Shown here: positions 1 to 8,484 of the stretch, piece by piece | Position numbering within the stretch: the stretch's first letter is position 1 | How the letters are laid out: every line of letters starts with the position of its first letter | Assembly (NCBI RefSeq): GCF_001465295.1 | Contig: NZ_CP011034.1 | Coordinates: forward strand, 660,001-692,000 | Source: Pseudoalteromonas translucida KMM 520 | GTDB lineage: Bacteria > Pseudomonadota > Gammaproteobacteria > Enterobacterales > Alteromonadaceae | Reading direction: 5' to 3' | Length of the DNA stretch: 32,000 bases | The notes under the pieces: generated by a model | The model's input: only the letters and a program-made list of their open reading frames with translations | What the model was told of the DNA's origin: nothing | Databases searched by the model: none | Position numbers and translations under genes: made by a program

Positions 1-621
1 GGGCTGCTATTTTGGCTTGCTGAGCGCAAACATTCTCCAGAGCAGTTTCCTGCAGATCCAAAAAGAGGGATAGCCAACGGCATGTGGCTAGCCATAGTAA
101 CCATGAGTACTACAGGTTATGGCGACATGGCACCGGTGAGCTTAAAAGGACGAGTTATAGCTGGTTGCTGGATGATTATTTCATTAATTTTTGCTACATC
201 AATGATTGCAGGTATTGCCAGTACTCTTACCGTATCAAGCTTTAGTAGTTCAACTATTACACAAGTTGAACAATTTCCAGGTAAAAAAATTGCAGCATCA
301 GCAGGCTCGCCAGCCATAGGCTTTATTGAAGAACATCAAGGGCAAAAAGTATTGGTAAATAATCTAAGCCAAGCCATGGAAAGACTAAAAGATAAAAGTG
401 TTGATGGTGTTGTTTTTGATCGCCCACAATTGTTGTTTTATAAAAATAAACATAAAGCAGAGAATATTCATATTCCAAATGCAGAGTATTATAAGCAAGG
501 TTACGGCTTCGCATTTAGAGCCGACAGTAAGTTAGTTAACGACGTTAACTTGGTTTTATTAAAGCTTGCAGAAGATCAAAAAATTGAGAACATAATGGCA
601 GAGTATTTAGGTGAAAAATAA
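1..621 (+). CDS. K+-channel-like pore (TTGYGD filter) fused to a solute-binding-type domain; 5' end outside window
   Basis: Frame 1 is open from nt 1 (GLLFWLAERKH...) into listed ORF 82..621. TTGYGD matches the K+ channel TxGYGD selectivity signature. It is followed by a TM helix (GCWMIISLIFATSMIAGIAS) and a ~110-aa soluble tail resembling a periplasmic binding-protein lobe (GluR0-like architecture). Confidence 0.7.
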   Translation, partial: GLLFWLAERKHSPEQFPADPKRGIANGMWLAIVTMSTTGYGDMAPVSLKGRVIAGCWMIISLIFATSMIAGIASTLTVSSFSSSTITQVEQFPGKKIAASAGSPAIGFIEEHQGQKVLVNNLSQAMERLKDKSVDGVVFDRPQLLFYKNKHKAENIHIPNAEYYKQGYGFAFRADSKLVNDVNLVLLKLAEDQKIENIMAEYLGEK

Positions 622-922
622 CTTTAATAAAGGACTATGGTAATAATCAAGTTTTAGCTGCTAGGGTGTAGCTATTAATTAGAGTAACACTACATAAAAT
701 ATAACTGCTTCGGCTATAGCTAAGGTTATTACCTGAGATTATTACCTGAAATATAGCCGAGCCTCTAGCAGCTTATAAGTTAGTATTTAATTTTTAACTT
801 ATCATTTATTTAAAGTTTCTAATCGCCCCCTCTTATAATAAAGCTCAAGGTCGATTACAATACCGCCATCTAAAAGGCACATTGCCTTTATCTGCACGCA
901 AAAAGAGTGGATTTTATATTTC

Positions 923-1954
923 ATGGCAATCAAACTTGCAATTAATGGTTTTGGTCGTATTGGTCGAAATATTGTCCGCGCGTTATACGAATCAGGTTTG
1001 AGCGACGAGATAAAAATTGTTGCGATTAACGAACTTGCTGACCCTGAAGCTATTGCTCACTTATTAAAATACGACACCTCTCATGGTCGTTTTTCTTTTC
1101 CTGTAAAGCTTGGTGAGGACACCATTAGCGTAGCAGGCGATGCTATTGCTCTTTTCTGTGAGCCAAATCCGGCGGAATTACCTTGGAAAACCTTAGGTGT
1201 AGACGTAGTACTTGAATGTACTGGGGTTTATCACTCGCGCGAACATGCACAGCTGCATTTAACCGCAGGCGCTAAAAAAGTGTTGTTTTCGCATCCGGCC
1301 GATAACGATGTTGATGCCACTATTGTTTATGGTATTAACGACGATGAGCTAAAACCAGAGCACACTATCGTCTCTAATGGTTCGTGTACTACTAACTGTG
1401 TAGTGCCGGTTATTAAAGTGTTAGATGATGCGTTTGGTATTGAATCGGGGGCTATTACCACAATACATGCCTCGATGAACGATCAGCCGGTAATTGATGC
1501 CTACCACCACGATTTACGCCGTACACGCGCAGCCAGCCAATCTATAATTCCAGTTGATACAAAACTAGCCCGCGGTATAGACCGCATTTTACCTAAATTT
1601 AAAGGCCGCTTTGAAGCCATTGCTGTACGCGTGCCTACTATTAACGTAACGGCTATGGATTTAAGTGTAACGGTTAATACCGATGTAGATTTAAATGCAG
1701 TAAATAGTGCGCTTAAAGCACAAGCTAAAGATCGCCTTGAAGGCATTTTAAGTTACACCGCAGAGCCGCTAGTATCGATTGATTTTAATCATGATCCACA
1801 TTCTTGTATTATAGATGGTACCCAAACACGAGTTAGTCATAAACGACTGATAAAATTACTAGTTTGGTGCGATAACGAGTGGGGTTTTGCTAATCGAATG
1901 CTCGACACTGCGCGTGCAATGGTCGCGTTAGAAAAAATAACTAATATAAAATAA
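923..1954 (+). CDS. epd: D-erythrose-4-phosphate dehydrogenase (GAPDH family)
   Basis: 343 aa. [19 protein letters not shown] ... [25 protein letters not shown] follows E. coli Epd closely. Catalytic SCTTNC is present. It is first gene of an epd-pgk-fba order as in E. coli. Confidence 0.85.
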   Translation: MAIKLAINGFGRIGRNIVRALYESGLSDEIKIVAINELADPEAIAHLLKYDTSHGRFSFPVKLGEDTISVAGDAIALFCEPNPAELPWKTLGVDVVLECTGVYHSREHAQLHLTAGAKKVLFSHPADNDVDATIVYGINDDELKPEHTIVSNGSCTTNCVVPVIKVLDDAFGIESGAITTIHASMNDQPVIDAYHHDLRRTRAASQSIIPVDTKLARGIDRILPKFKGRFEAIAVRVPTINVTAMDLSVTVNTDVDLNAVNSALKAQAKDRLEGILSYTAEPLVSIDFNHDPHSCIIDGTQTRVSHKRLIKLLVWCDNEWGFANRMLDTARAMVALEKITNIK

Positions 1955-1997
1955 CCGCCTTTTATTGGGTTTAGTATCGTTAACTAAGGAGATGTTC

Positions 1998-3173
1998 ATG
2001 TCGGTCATAAAAATGGCAGATTTAGATTTAAACGGCAAGCGTGTATTAATTCGTGAAGATTTAAATGTACCCGTTAAAGCAGGTAAAGTGACGTCAGATG
2101 CGCGTATTCGTGCGGCGCTACCAACAATTAAATTAGCCCTTGAAAAAGGCGCAAAAGTAATGGTTATGTCACACCTTGGCCGCCCTACGGAAGGGGAATA
2201 TGACGAAGAGTTTTCTCTTGCTCCTGTCGTTAATTACTTAAACGATGCCCTAGAGCAAACAGTACGTTTAGAAAAAGATTACCTAAACGGTGTTGAAATT
2301 GCTGATAACGAAGTGGTGGTATTTGAGAACGTACGCTTTAATAAAGGCGAAAAAAATAACGACGAAGCGCTATCTAAACAACTTGCTGCATTATGTGATG
2401 TTTACGTAATGGATGCATTTGGTACGGCGCACCGCGCACAAGCCTCTACCCATGGCGTAGGTTTATTTGCAGATGTTGCGTGTGCAGGTCCATTGTTATC
2501 GGCAGAGCTTGAAGCACTTGGCAAAGCACTTGATAACCCAGCTCGCCCATTAGTGGCCATAGTGGGTGGTTCTAAAGTGTCGACTAAATTAACTGTGCTT
2601 GATTCACTATCAAAAATTGTTGATCAGCTAGTAACCGGTGGCGGTATTGCTAATACCTTTATTGCGGCGGCGGGTTATCCTGTTGGTAAATCGCTTTACG
2701 AGGCTGATTTAATGGATGAAGCGAATCGCTTATGCGCAGCGGCTGTTGCTAACAATGGTGAAATTCCAGTACCGACTGACGTTGTTGTGGGGAATGAGTT
2801 TTCAGACTCAGCAGTAGCAACACTGAAAGATGTAAGTGAAGTTACCAGCGACGATATGATTTTTGATATTGGCCCAGATACAGCAAACAAGCTGGCAAAA
2901 ATAATTGCTAATGCAGGTACTGTAGTATGGAATGGCCCTGTTGGTGTGTTTGAGTTTGACCAATTCGGTAACGGTACTCGTGCTATTGCCCAAGCTATTG
3001 CTAACTCAAATGCGTTTTCGATTGCTGGCGGTGGCGACACTTTAGCGGCAATTGATAAATACGGCATTAGCGATAAAATATCGTATATTTCTACTGGTGG
3101 TGGTGCGTTTTTAGAGTTTTTAGAAGGCAAAAAACTACCAGCAGTTGAAATGCTAGAATCGCGCGCTAAGTAA
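1998..3173 (+). CDS. pgk: Phosphoglycerate kinase
   Basis: The track ORF starts at TTG 1965. ATG 1998, preceded by AGGAG (1987-1991), gives [27 protein letters not shown], colinear with the E. coli Pgk N-terminus. 391 aa. Confidence 0.95.
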   Translation: MSVIKMADLDLNGKRVLIREDLNVPVKAGKVTSDARIRAALPTIKLALEKGAKVMVMSHLGRPTEGEYDEEFSLAPVVNYLNDALEQTVRLEKDYLNGVEIADNEVVVFENVRFNKGEKNNDEALSKQLAALCDVYVMDAFGTAHRAQASTHGVGLFADVACAGPLLSAELEALGKALDNPARPLVAIVGGSKVSTKLTVLDSLSKIVDQLVTGGGIANTFIAAAGYPVGKSLYEADLMDEANRLCAAAVANNGEIPVPTDVVVGNEFSDSAVATLKDVSEVTSDDMIFDIGPDTANKLAKIIANAGTVVWNGPVGVFEFDQFGNGTRAIAQAIANSNAFSIAGGGDTLAAIDKYGISDKISYISTGGGAFLEFLEGKKLPAVEMLESRAK

Positions 3174-3380
3174 TTTATTTTATTTAGGCGTAAGCGGATG
3201 GAGGTTACTTCATCCGCAACAATTAATTATTAAATACCTCTCACCTTAATTTAATAATTAATTTTACGCGTTAGTTACTGTTTATCAGTACTAATTCGTG
3301 GCGCAGTGATTGCGCCAAACTAACACATCCGTTCAAACTAGATGGCAGAGAACTGCTATCAAAAAATTGGAGAAAACCCA

Positions 3381-4445
3381 ATGGCTTTAATCAGTATGCG
3401 ACAACTTCTGGATCATGCCGCTGAGCATGGTTATGGCGTACCTGCTTTTAACGTTAACAATCAAGAGCAAATGCGCGCAATAATGGAAGCGGCTGACAAA
3501 ACCAATAGCCCTGTAATTGTGCAAGGTTCTGCAGGCGCACGTGCTTATGCTGGTGCCCCATTTATTCGTCATATGATTTTAGCAGCGGTTGAAGAGTGGC
3601 CACATATTCCAGTGGTTATGCATCAAGATCACGGTACATCACCGGGTGTATGTCAGCGTTCAATTCAACTTGGATTTTCATCAGTAATGATGGACGGCTC
3701 ATTATTGAGCGATGGTAAAACACCTTCAAGCTACGAATACAACGTAGAAGTAACCCGTAAAACTGTAGAAATGGCACATGCGTGTGGTGTTTCTGTTGAA
3801 GGCGAACTGGGTGTTTTAGGGTCGCTTGAAACAGGTGAAGCAGGCGAAGAAGATGGTATTGGCGCAGAGGGTAAATTAACCACTGAGCAAATGCTAACTA
3901 ATCCAGAAGAAGCGGCTGACTTTGTAAATAAAACCCATGTTGATGCGCTGGCAATCGCTTGTGGTACATCGCACGGTGCGTATAAATTTACTCGTCCACC
4001 AACGGATGATATTTTAGCGATTGATCGTATTAAAGCAATTCATGCTCGTATTCCAAATACTCACTTAGTAATGCATGGCTCATCATCGGTTCCACAAGAA
4101 TGGTTAGAAATAATTAATCAATACGGTGGCGAAATTCCAGAAACTTACGGTGTGCCAGTAGAGCAAATTATTGAAGGGATTAAGTTTGGCGTACGTAAAG
4201 TTAATATTGATACTGACTTACGTTTAGCGTCTACCGGTGCGGTGCGTCGCCACTTAGCGCTTAACCCGGCAAACTTCGATCCGCGTAAATTTTTAGCTGC
4301 AGCAACTCAAGCCATGACCGATATTTGTATTTCGCGTTATGAGTCGTTTGGTACAGCAGGCCAAGCTAGCAAAATTAAACCAATTTCATTAGATGAAATG
4401 CATCTTAAGTATTTAAGCGGCGAGTTAAACCCACGCATTAAATAA
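3381..4445 (+). CDS. fba: Class II fructose-1,6-bisphosphate aldolase (354-aa subtype)
   Basis: ATG 3381 after GGAG (3369-3372) gives [27 protein letters not shown]. The HQDHG and GTSHGAYKF class II motifs are present. It is third gene of the epd-pgk-fba order. Confidence 0.93.
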   Translation: MALISMRQLLDHAAEHGYGVPAFNVNNQEQMRAIMEAADKTNSPVIVQGSAGARAYAGAPFIRHMILAAVEEWPHIPVVMHQDHGTSPGVCQRSIQLGFSSVMMDGSLLSDGKTPSSYEYNVEVTRKTVEMAHACGVSVEGELGVLGSLETGEAGEEDGIGAEGKLTTEQMLTNPEEAADFVNKTHVDALAIACGTSHGAYKFTRPPTDDILAIDRIKAIHARIPNTHLVMHGSSSVPQEWLEIINQYGGEIPETYGVPVEQIIEGIKFGVRKVNIDTDLRLASTGAVRRHLALNPANFDPRKFLAAATQAMTDICISRYESFGTAGQASKIKPISLDEMHLKYLSGELNPRIK

Positions 4446-4470
4446 TTGATCATTTTAGATTAGTTTACTA

Positions 4471-4499
4471 AGCCAGTTGCATTGCACTGGCTTTTTTTA
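4471..4499 (+). terminator. Rho-independent terminator after fba
   Basis: agccagt (4471-4477) pairs with actggct (4486-4492), with an 8-nt loop, followed by a T7 run. Confidence 0.8.
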
Positions 4500-4510
4500 T
4501 GCCGTTTAGG

Positions 4511-4603
4511 GATCAATATCTTACTAACAGCAGGTGTTTAGGATCACTGAATTACTAACGTGATCAGTTTGAGATCATTACTTTACTAAGTAAACGGCTG
4601 TTT
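4511..4603. repeat. Three tandem 31-bp units carrying GATCA-N5-TTACTAA(C/G)
   Basis: The copies are gatca-atatc-ttactaac (4511-4528), gatca-ctgaa-ttactaac (4542-4559) and gatca-ttact-ttactaag (4573-4590). Unit starts are exactly 31 bp apart. Confidence 0.8.
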
Positions 4604-4822
4604 TAGCCCTTGTTGGCGCTTAAATTCATTATTAAATAAAAGAATAGTACAAACAATCATCAGCTTAGCCGTTTAACTAGGTATAATACTGATCCCAAAA
4701 TGGATCTACTTAATAAAAATCTGATCTTTTAATTTAAGATCATCACAATGCTGATCATAATTGTATTGCTAGGTTAGCGCATGCTATTTAAGTGAGCAAA
4801 GTTGGCTGCTTTAATATGCAAT

Positions 4823-4840
4823 GTTAGTAAAATAATGATC
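4823..4840. repeat. Inverted fourth copy of the GATCA-N5-TTACTAAC motif
   Basis: Plus strand gttagtaaaataatgatc; its reverse complement is gatca-ttatt-ttactaac, the same 18-bp motif with the same spacing. Confidence 0.75.
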
Positions 4841-4936
4841 CTGCTATACGCTTTGCTTTATCGCTATAATTGCGTGTAAATATTTATTTTGTCACTATTT
4901 TGTATTTTTTTACTGTTATATTAACTTACGCGCTAG

Positions 4937-4966
4937 GTTTTCATAAAAGTGTCATACTTAGTCATA
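4937..4966 (+). promoter_or_regulatory. Pho box upstream of phoB
   Basis: ttttcataaaa-gtgtcatactt-agtcataa has TCAT-containing repeats with ~11-bp period, matching the PhoB consensus CTGTCAT-N4-CTGTCAT. The last repeat overlaps a -10-like TAATAAT about 40 bp before ATG 5005. Confidence 0.7.
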
Positions 4967-5004
4967 ATAATGAAAACAAATTCGATAGCTAAGAGATAAA
5001 TGGA

Positions 5005-5694
5005 ATGTCACGTAAAGTATTAGTCGTTGATGACGAAGCACCGATCAGAGAAATGTTGGTTTTTGTTTTAGAACAAAATGGATTTCAGGCAATTGAAGCA
5101 GAAGATTACGACTCTGCTATTGCGGCAATGGTAGAGCCATACCCAGATATGGTATTACTCGATTGGATGTTACCTGGCGGTAGCGGAATCCAAATTGCTA
5201 AAAAGTTTAAACAAAATGAATACACGCGCGCTATTCCTATAATTATGCTCACCGCTCGTGGCGAAGAAGAAGACAAAGTTCGTGGCCTAGAAGTAGGTGC
5301 CGATGACTATGTTACTAAGCCATTTTCTCCAAAAGAACTCATGGCCCGTATTAAAGCGGTTATACGCCGTGTGTCGCCCACCTCATTAGAAGAAGCAATT
5401 GACGTACATGGCCTGCGCCTTGATCCTATTTCGCATCGTGTTACTTCAGGTGGCAGTGAGCTTGATATGGGGCCCACCGAATTTAGATTACTACACTTTT
5501 TTATGACCCACACCGAGCGCGTATATAGCCGCGAGCAATTACTTGATCAAGTTTGGGGTACTAACGTATATGTTGAAGACCGTACGGTTGATGTACATAT
5601 TCGCCGCTTACGTAAAGCTATTTCACCCTTAGGGCATGACCGCTTAGTGCAAACGGTACGCGGAGCAGGTTATCGCTTTTCAAGTAAATTATAA
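5005..5694 (+). CDS. phoB: Phosphate regulon response regulator PhoB
   Basis: 229 aa with a receiver domain ([18 protein letters not shown]) plus an OmpR/PhoB winged helix ([14 protein letters not shown] ... VRGAGYRF). Followed by phoR and preceded by a Pho box. Confidence 0.93.
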   Translation: MSRKVLVVDDEAPIREMLVFVLEQNGFQAIEAEDYDSAIAAMVEPYPDMVLLDWMLPGGSGIQIAKKFKQNEYTRAIPIIMLTARGEEEDKVRGLEVGADDYVTKPFSPKELMARIKAVIRRVSPTSLEEAIDVHGLRLDPISHRVTSGGSELDMGPTEFRLLHFFMTHTERVYSREQLLDQVWGTNVYVEDRTVDVHIRRLRKAISPLGHDRLVQTVRGAGYRFSSKL

Positions 5695-5748
5695 TGTGCT
5701 TGCAGCTTAACTAAGTACCAATGGATAGCGACTTTAAGGTAACAGTGT

Positions 5749-7080
5749 ATGTATAGAGTTATTAATAAACGCACCTTAGTTAAACGGCTGTTTATCTATT
5801 TTATACCTTTGCTGCTAATAGGGCTGTTAGTAGGTGCCCCTTTTTTATTGTTATTTTTAGGCTCATTTTCGCTGCTTATTTGGCACTATTACCAACTTTA
5901 TCGTTTAAGTGATTGGTTACTTAATCAACAAAGCTTTAACCCGCCCGAAGGAGAGGGCGCATGGGAGCAGGTATTCGAAGGTATTTACCAGCTGCAACAT
6001 CGTAATCGTAAAAAGCGTAATGAACTATCGGCATTAATTCATCGCTTTCGTGATGGTGCCGAAGCCATTCCTGATGCGGTGATAGTGCTGCAAAATGATT
6101 TAAGCATTTATTGGTGCAATCAACTGGCATTAAAAGTATTAGGGTTGCAGTGGCCTACAGATCAAGGGCAGCGTCTGGATAACTTAATTCGTGAACCTAA
6201 ATTTGCTAAGTATATGCACCGTGGCCATTTTACTGAGCCACTGGAGCTTGAAAGTGGTCATAACATAGAGAAAATACTTGAGTTTAGAGTTATGCCCTAT
6301 GCCAGCACACAGTTAATGGTAGTAGTACGCGATGTAACTCGCTTAAAGCAACTAGAACAAATGCGCAAAGACTTTGTTGCCAATGTATCGCATGAACTAC
6401 GAACCCCGCTCACAGTGGTTACAGGCTATCTTGAGATGATGGATAGCGACATGATGCCACCGCCCGCAATGTGGAATAAAGCCCAAAATACTATGCTTGA
6501 GCAATGCAAACGCATGGACAGTTTAGTTACTCAGCTGCTATCACTATCGCGTATAGAAGGTGCGCGTAAGCAAAATAGCGACAAAGCGGTTAATGTACCC
6601 TTACTACTTAACTATATTCAAACCGAAGCGCACTCAATTAATCAGCAAAAAAAGCATCAGCTTATTTTTAATATTGATACTACCTTAGATATTAGCGGAT
6701 CAGCAGATGAACTGCGCAGTGCATTCTCTAATTTAGTTTTTAACGCCATTCACTACACTAAACCAGGCGGAAAAATAACAATATGTTGGCAGCGTAAAAA
6801 CGATCGAGCTTATTTTAGCGTAACCGATAATGGTGATGGTATTGCGCCTGAGCATATAAATCGTTTAACGGAGCGCTTTTACCGGGTAGATAAAGCACGC
6901 AGTCGTACTACAGGTGGCTCAGGCCTTGGGCTCGCAATTACCAAGCACGTATTAACTCGCCACAATAGCCAATTAAATATTAGTAGTGTTTTGGGCCAAG
7001 GGTCGTGTTTTTCTTTTGATTTTTCAAGTAATAAAATAGTACCTATGAGCAACACAGTACAAACAAGTGGCAAGTCATAA
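5749..7080 (+). CDS. phoR: Phosphate regulon sensor histidine kinase PhoR
   Basis: 443 aa with an N-terminal TM hairpin, a PAS-like segment, an H-box FVANVSHELRTPLTV and N/G boxes (DNGDGI, GGSGLGLAI). Immediately downstream of phoB. Confidence 0.92.
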   Translation: MYRVINKRTLVKRLFIYFIPLLLIGLLVGAPFLLLFLGSFSLLIWHYYQLYRLSDWLLNQQSFNPPEGEGAWEQVFEGIYQLQHRNRKKRNELSALIHRFRDGAEAIPDAVIVLQNDLSIYWCNQLALKVLGLQWPTDQGQRLDNLIREPKFAKYMHRGHFTEPLELESGHNIEKILEFRVMPYASTQLMVVVRDVTRLKQLEQMRKDFVANVSHELRTPLTVVTGYLEMMDSDMMPPPAMWNKAQNTMLEQCKRMDSLVTQLLSLSRIEGARKQNSDKAVNVPLLLNYIQTEAHSINQQKKHQLIFNIDTTLDISGSADELRSAFSNLVFNAIHYTKPGGKITICWQRKNDRAYFSVTDNGDGIAPEHINRLTERFYRVDKARSRTTGGSGLGLAITKHVLTRHNSQLNISSVLGQGSCFSFDFSSNKIVPMSNTVQTSGKS

Positions 7081-7082
7081 AA

Positions 7083-7112
7083 GTGTCATTTAAGGGTAAT
7101 ATCACTGTCATC
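7083..7112 (+). promoter_or_regulatory. Pho box upstream of pstS
   Basis: gtgtcatttaa-gggtaatatca-ctgtcatc has TGTCA half-sites at 7084-7088 and 7106-7110, 22 bp apart (two 11-bp repeats). Confidence 0.65.
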
Positions 7113-7170
7113 TACACAATTTACAGTGAACACAGTTAAAAAATGGGACGAACAAATTGGAGAACCCCAC

Positions 7171-8139
7171 ATGAAATTTAAAAACTTAGTTGCCGCAATG
7201 GGTGTGGCTGTTACAACGTTTGTATCTGCACAAGCAGTCGCTTTGGATAACGCACTACCTGAGTATCAAAAAATTAGTGGTGTTTCAGGGAATTTTTCAT
7301 CGGTAGGTTCAGACACATTAGCGAACATGATGACATTTTGGGCTGAAGAATATAAACGTATTTATCCAAATATAAATATTCAAATACAAGCAGCAGGCTC
7401 ATCAACTGCGCCACCGGCATTAACCGAAGGTACAGCAAATTTAGGGCCAATGAGCCGTAAAATGAAATCAAAAGAAGTTGAAGCATTCGAAAAGCGACAT
7501 GGTTATAAACCCACAGAAGTACGGGTTGCCATTGATGCACTTGCGGTATTTGTACACAAAGATAACCCGATAGAAGGGCTACGTATTGATGAAATAGATG
7601 CTATTTTCTCATCTACCCGTAAGTGCGGTGCAACGCAGCAAGTTAACCGCTGGAGTGACGTAGGTTTAACTGGAGAATGGGCTGCTAAAGATATTCAATT
7701 GTATGGGCGTAACTCGGTATCTGGCACGTATGGCTACTTTAAAAAGAAAGCACTGTGTAAAGGCGACTTTCGCAATAACGTAAATGAGCAACCGGGTTCA
7801 GCATCTGTAGTACAGTCTATTTCATCTTCATTGAACGCGATTGGTTACTCAGGAATTGGTTATAAAACCTCAGGTGTGCGTACAGTACCACTGGCCAAAA
7901 AAGGCAGCCACTTTGTTGATGCAACGCTTGAAAATGTAGCACAAGGTAAGTATCCGCTGTCGCGCTTTTTATACCTTTACGTGAACAAGCACCCTAATAA
8001 ACCATTAGCACCAATTGAAGCTGAATTTTTAAAAATGGTATTGTCGAAAGACGGCCAAAAAATTGTAGAAAAAGACGGTTATGTACCGCTTTCAGCCAAG
8101 TTAGCTGAAGTTGAGCTTAAAAAGTTAGGCTTAAATTAA
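7171..8139 (+). CDS. pstS: Phosphate ABC transporter substrate-binding protein PstS (stand-alone)
   Basis: The track ORF starts at GTG 7126. ATG 7171 after GGAG gives [22 protein letters not shown] (signal peptide). GSDTLANMM and [23 protein letters not shown] are PstS-family motifs. No pstCAB follows. Confidence 0.88.
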   Translation: MKFKNLVAAMGVAVTTFVSAQAVALDNALPEYQKISGVSGNFSSVGSDTLANMMTFWAEEYKRIYPNINIQIQAAGSSTAPPALTEGTANLGPMSRKMKSKEVEAFEKRHGYKPTEVRVAIDALAVFVHKDNPIEGLRIDEIDAIFSSTRKCGATQQVNRWSDVGLTGEWAAKDIQLYGRNSVSGTYGYFKKKALCKGDFRNNVNEQPGSASVVQSISSSLNAIGYSGIGYKTSGVRTVPLAKKGSHFVDATLENVAQGKYPLSRFLYLYVNKHPNKPLAPIEAEFLKMVLSKDGQKIVEKDGYVPLSAKLAEVELKKLGLN

Positions 8140-8156
8140 GTCACTAAATTATACGC

Positions 8157-8187
8157 AATAAAAAACCGCTCATTGAGCGGTTTTTTT
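8157..8187. terminator. Bidirectional rho-independent terminator (pstS / lipoprotein gene)
   Basis: ccgctc (8166-8171) pairs with gagcgg (8175-8180), flanked by an A-run on the left and a T7 run on the right. Confidence 0.85.
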
Positions 8188-8217
8188 ATACTTACTTTTT
8201 AGGCTAAAGCTTAATAC

Positions 8218-8454
8218 TTATATGTTACCTAAGTTTTCGGCTTGTGCTTTACACTGATTATAGCTTTCAACACACTTAGCTGAGCATACTTGCTGCTTTA
8301 AACCTTCGCCAGTTGATTGTTGCTCACAACTACTTTCGCATTGATAGTTTTGTTGCGCACATTGATTTAACTCTGGGTTACCAGCGTTATTCTGACAACC
8401 TGCTAATAGCATAAATGCAAGGGCTACTGCGCTCATTTTTATTAAAGTATGCAT
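8218..8454 (-). CDS. Small Cys-rich lipoprotein
   Basis: 78 aa with a lipobox LLAGC. AAGGA lies 5 nt before ATG 8454 and the gene starts 30 nt after the panC stop, so co-transcription is likely. The mature part has six Cys in a mirror pattern. Confidence 0.65.
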   Translation of the reverse strand: MHTLIKMSAVALAFMLLAGCQNNAGNPELNQCAQQNYQCESSCEQQSTGEGLKQQVCSAKCVESYNQCKAQAENLGNI

Positions 8455-8484
8455 GCTTATCCTTAAGTGAAAGTCGCGGTTATA

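Noticed and set aside
117-3572. Antisense or out-of-frame track ORFs inside the channel gene, epd, pgk and fba (117..317, 323..514, 1501..1746, 2696..3130, 2808..2993, 3387..3572)
   Set aside because: All are embedded in, and mostly antisense to, genes with unmistakable conserved products. They have low-complexity or Ser/Ala/Pro-rich translations typical of shadow ORFs and no RBS. The same reasoning applies to the other short overlapping ORFs in the track: 5307..5513, 5936..6130, 6879..7073, 7274..7540, 9523..9747, 10959..11252, 13329..13526, 14026..14325, 15528..15713, 16288..16485, 17314..17673, 19794..20785, 21039..21221, 22922..23146, 24573..24770, 24980..25264, 27233..27487, 28806..30098 and 31130..31339.
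4511-4603. CRISPR array
   Set aside because: There are only three units of 31 bp. The conserved part is a split 5+8-bp motif rather than a 24-40-bp repeat with unique spacers, and no cas genes are present.
4440-5004. Canonical chromosomal origin (oriC) in the GATC-rich spacer
   Set aside because: I found no DnaA box (TTATCCACA / TGTGGATAA or close variants) by eye, and the flanking genes (fba, phoB) are not origin-linked genes. The region is kept as an unexplained GATC/iteron array, not called oriC.
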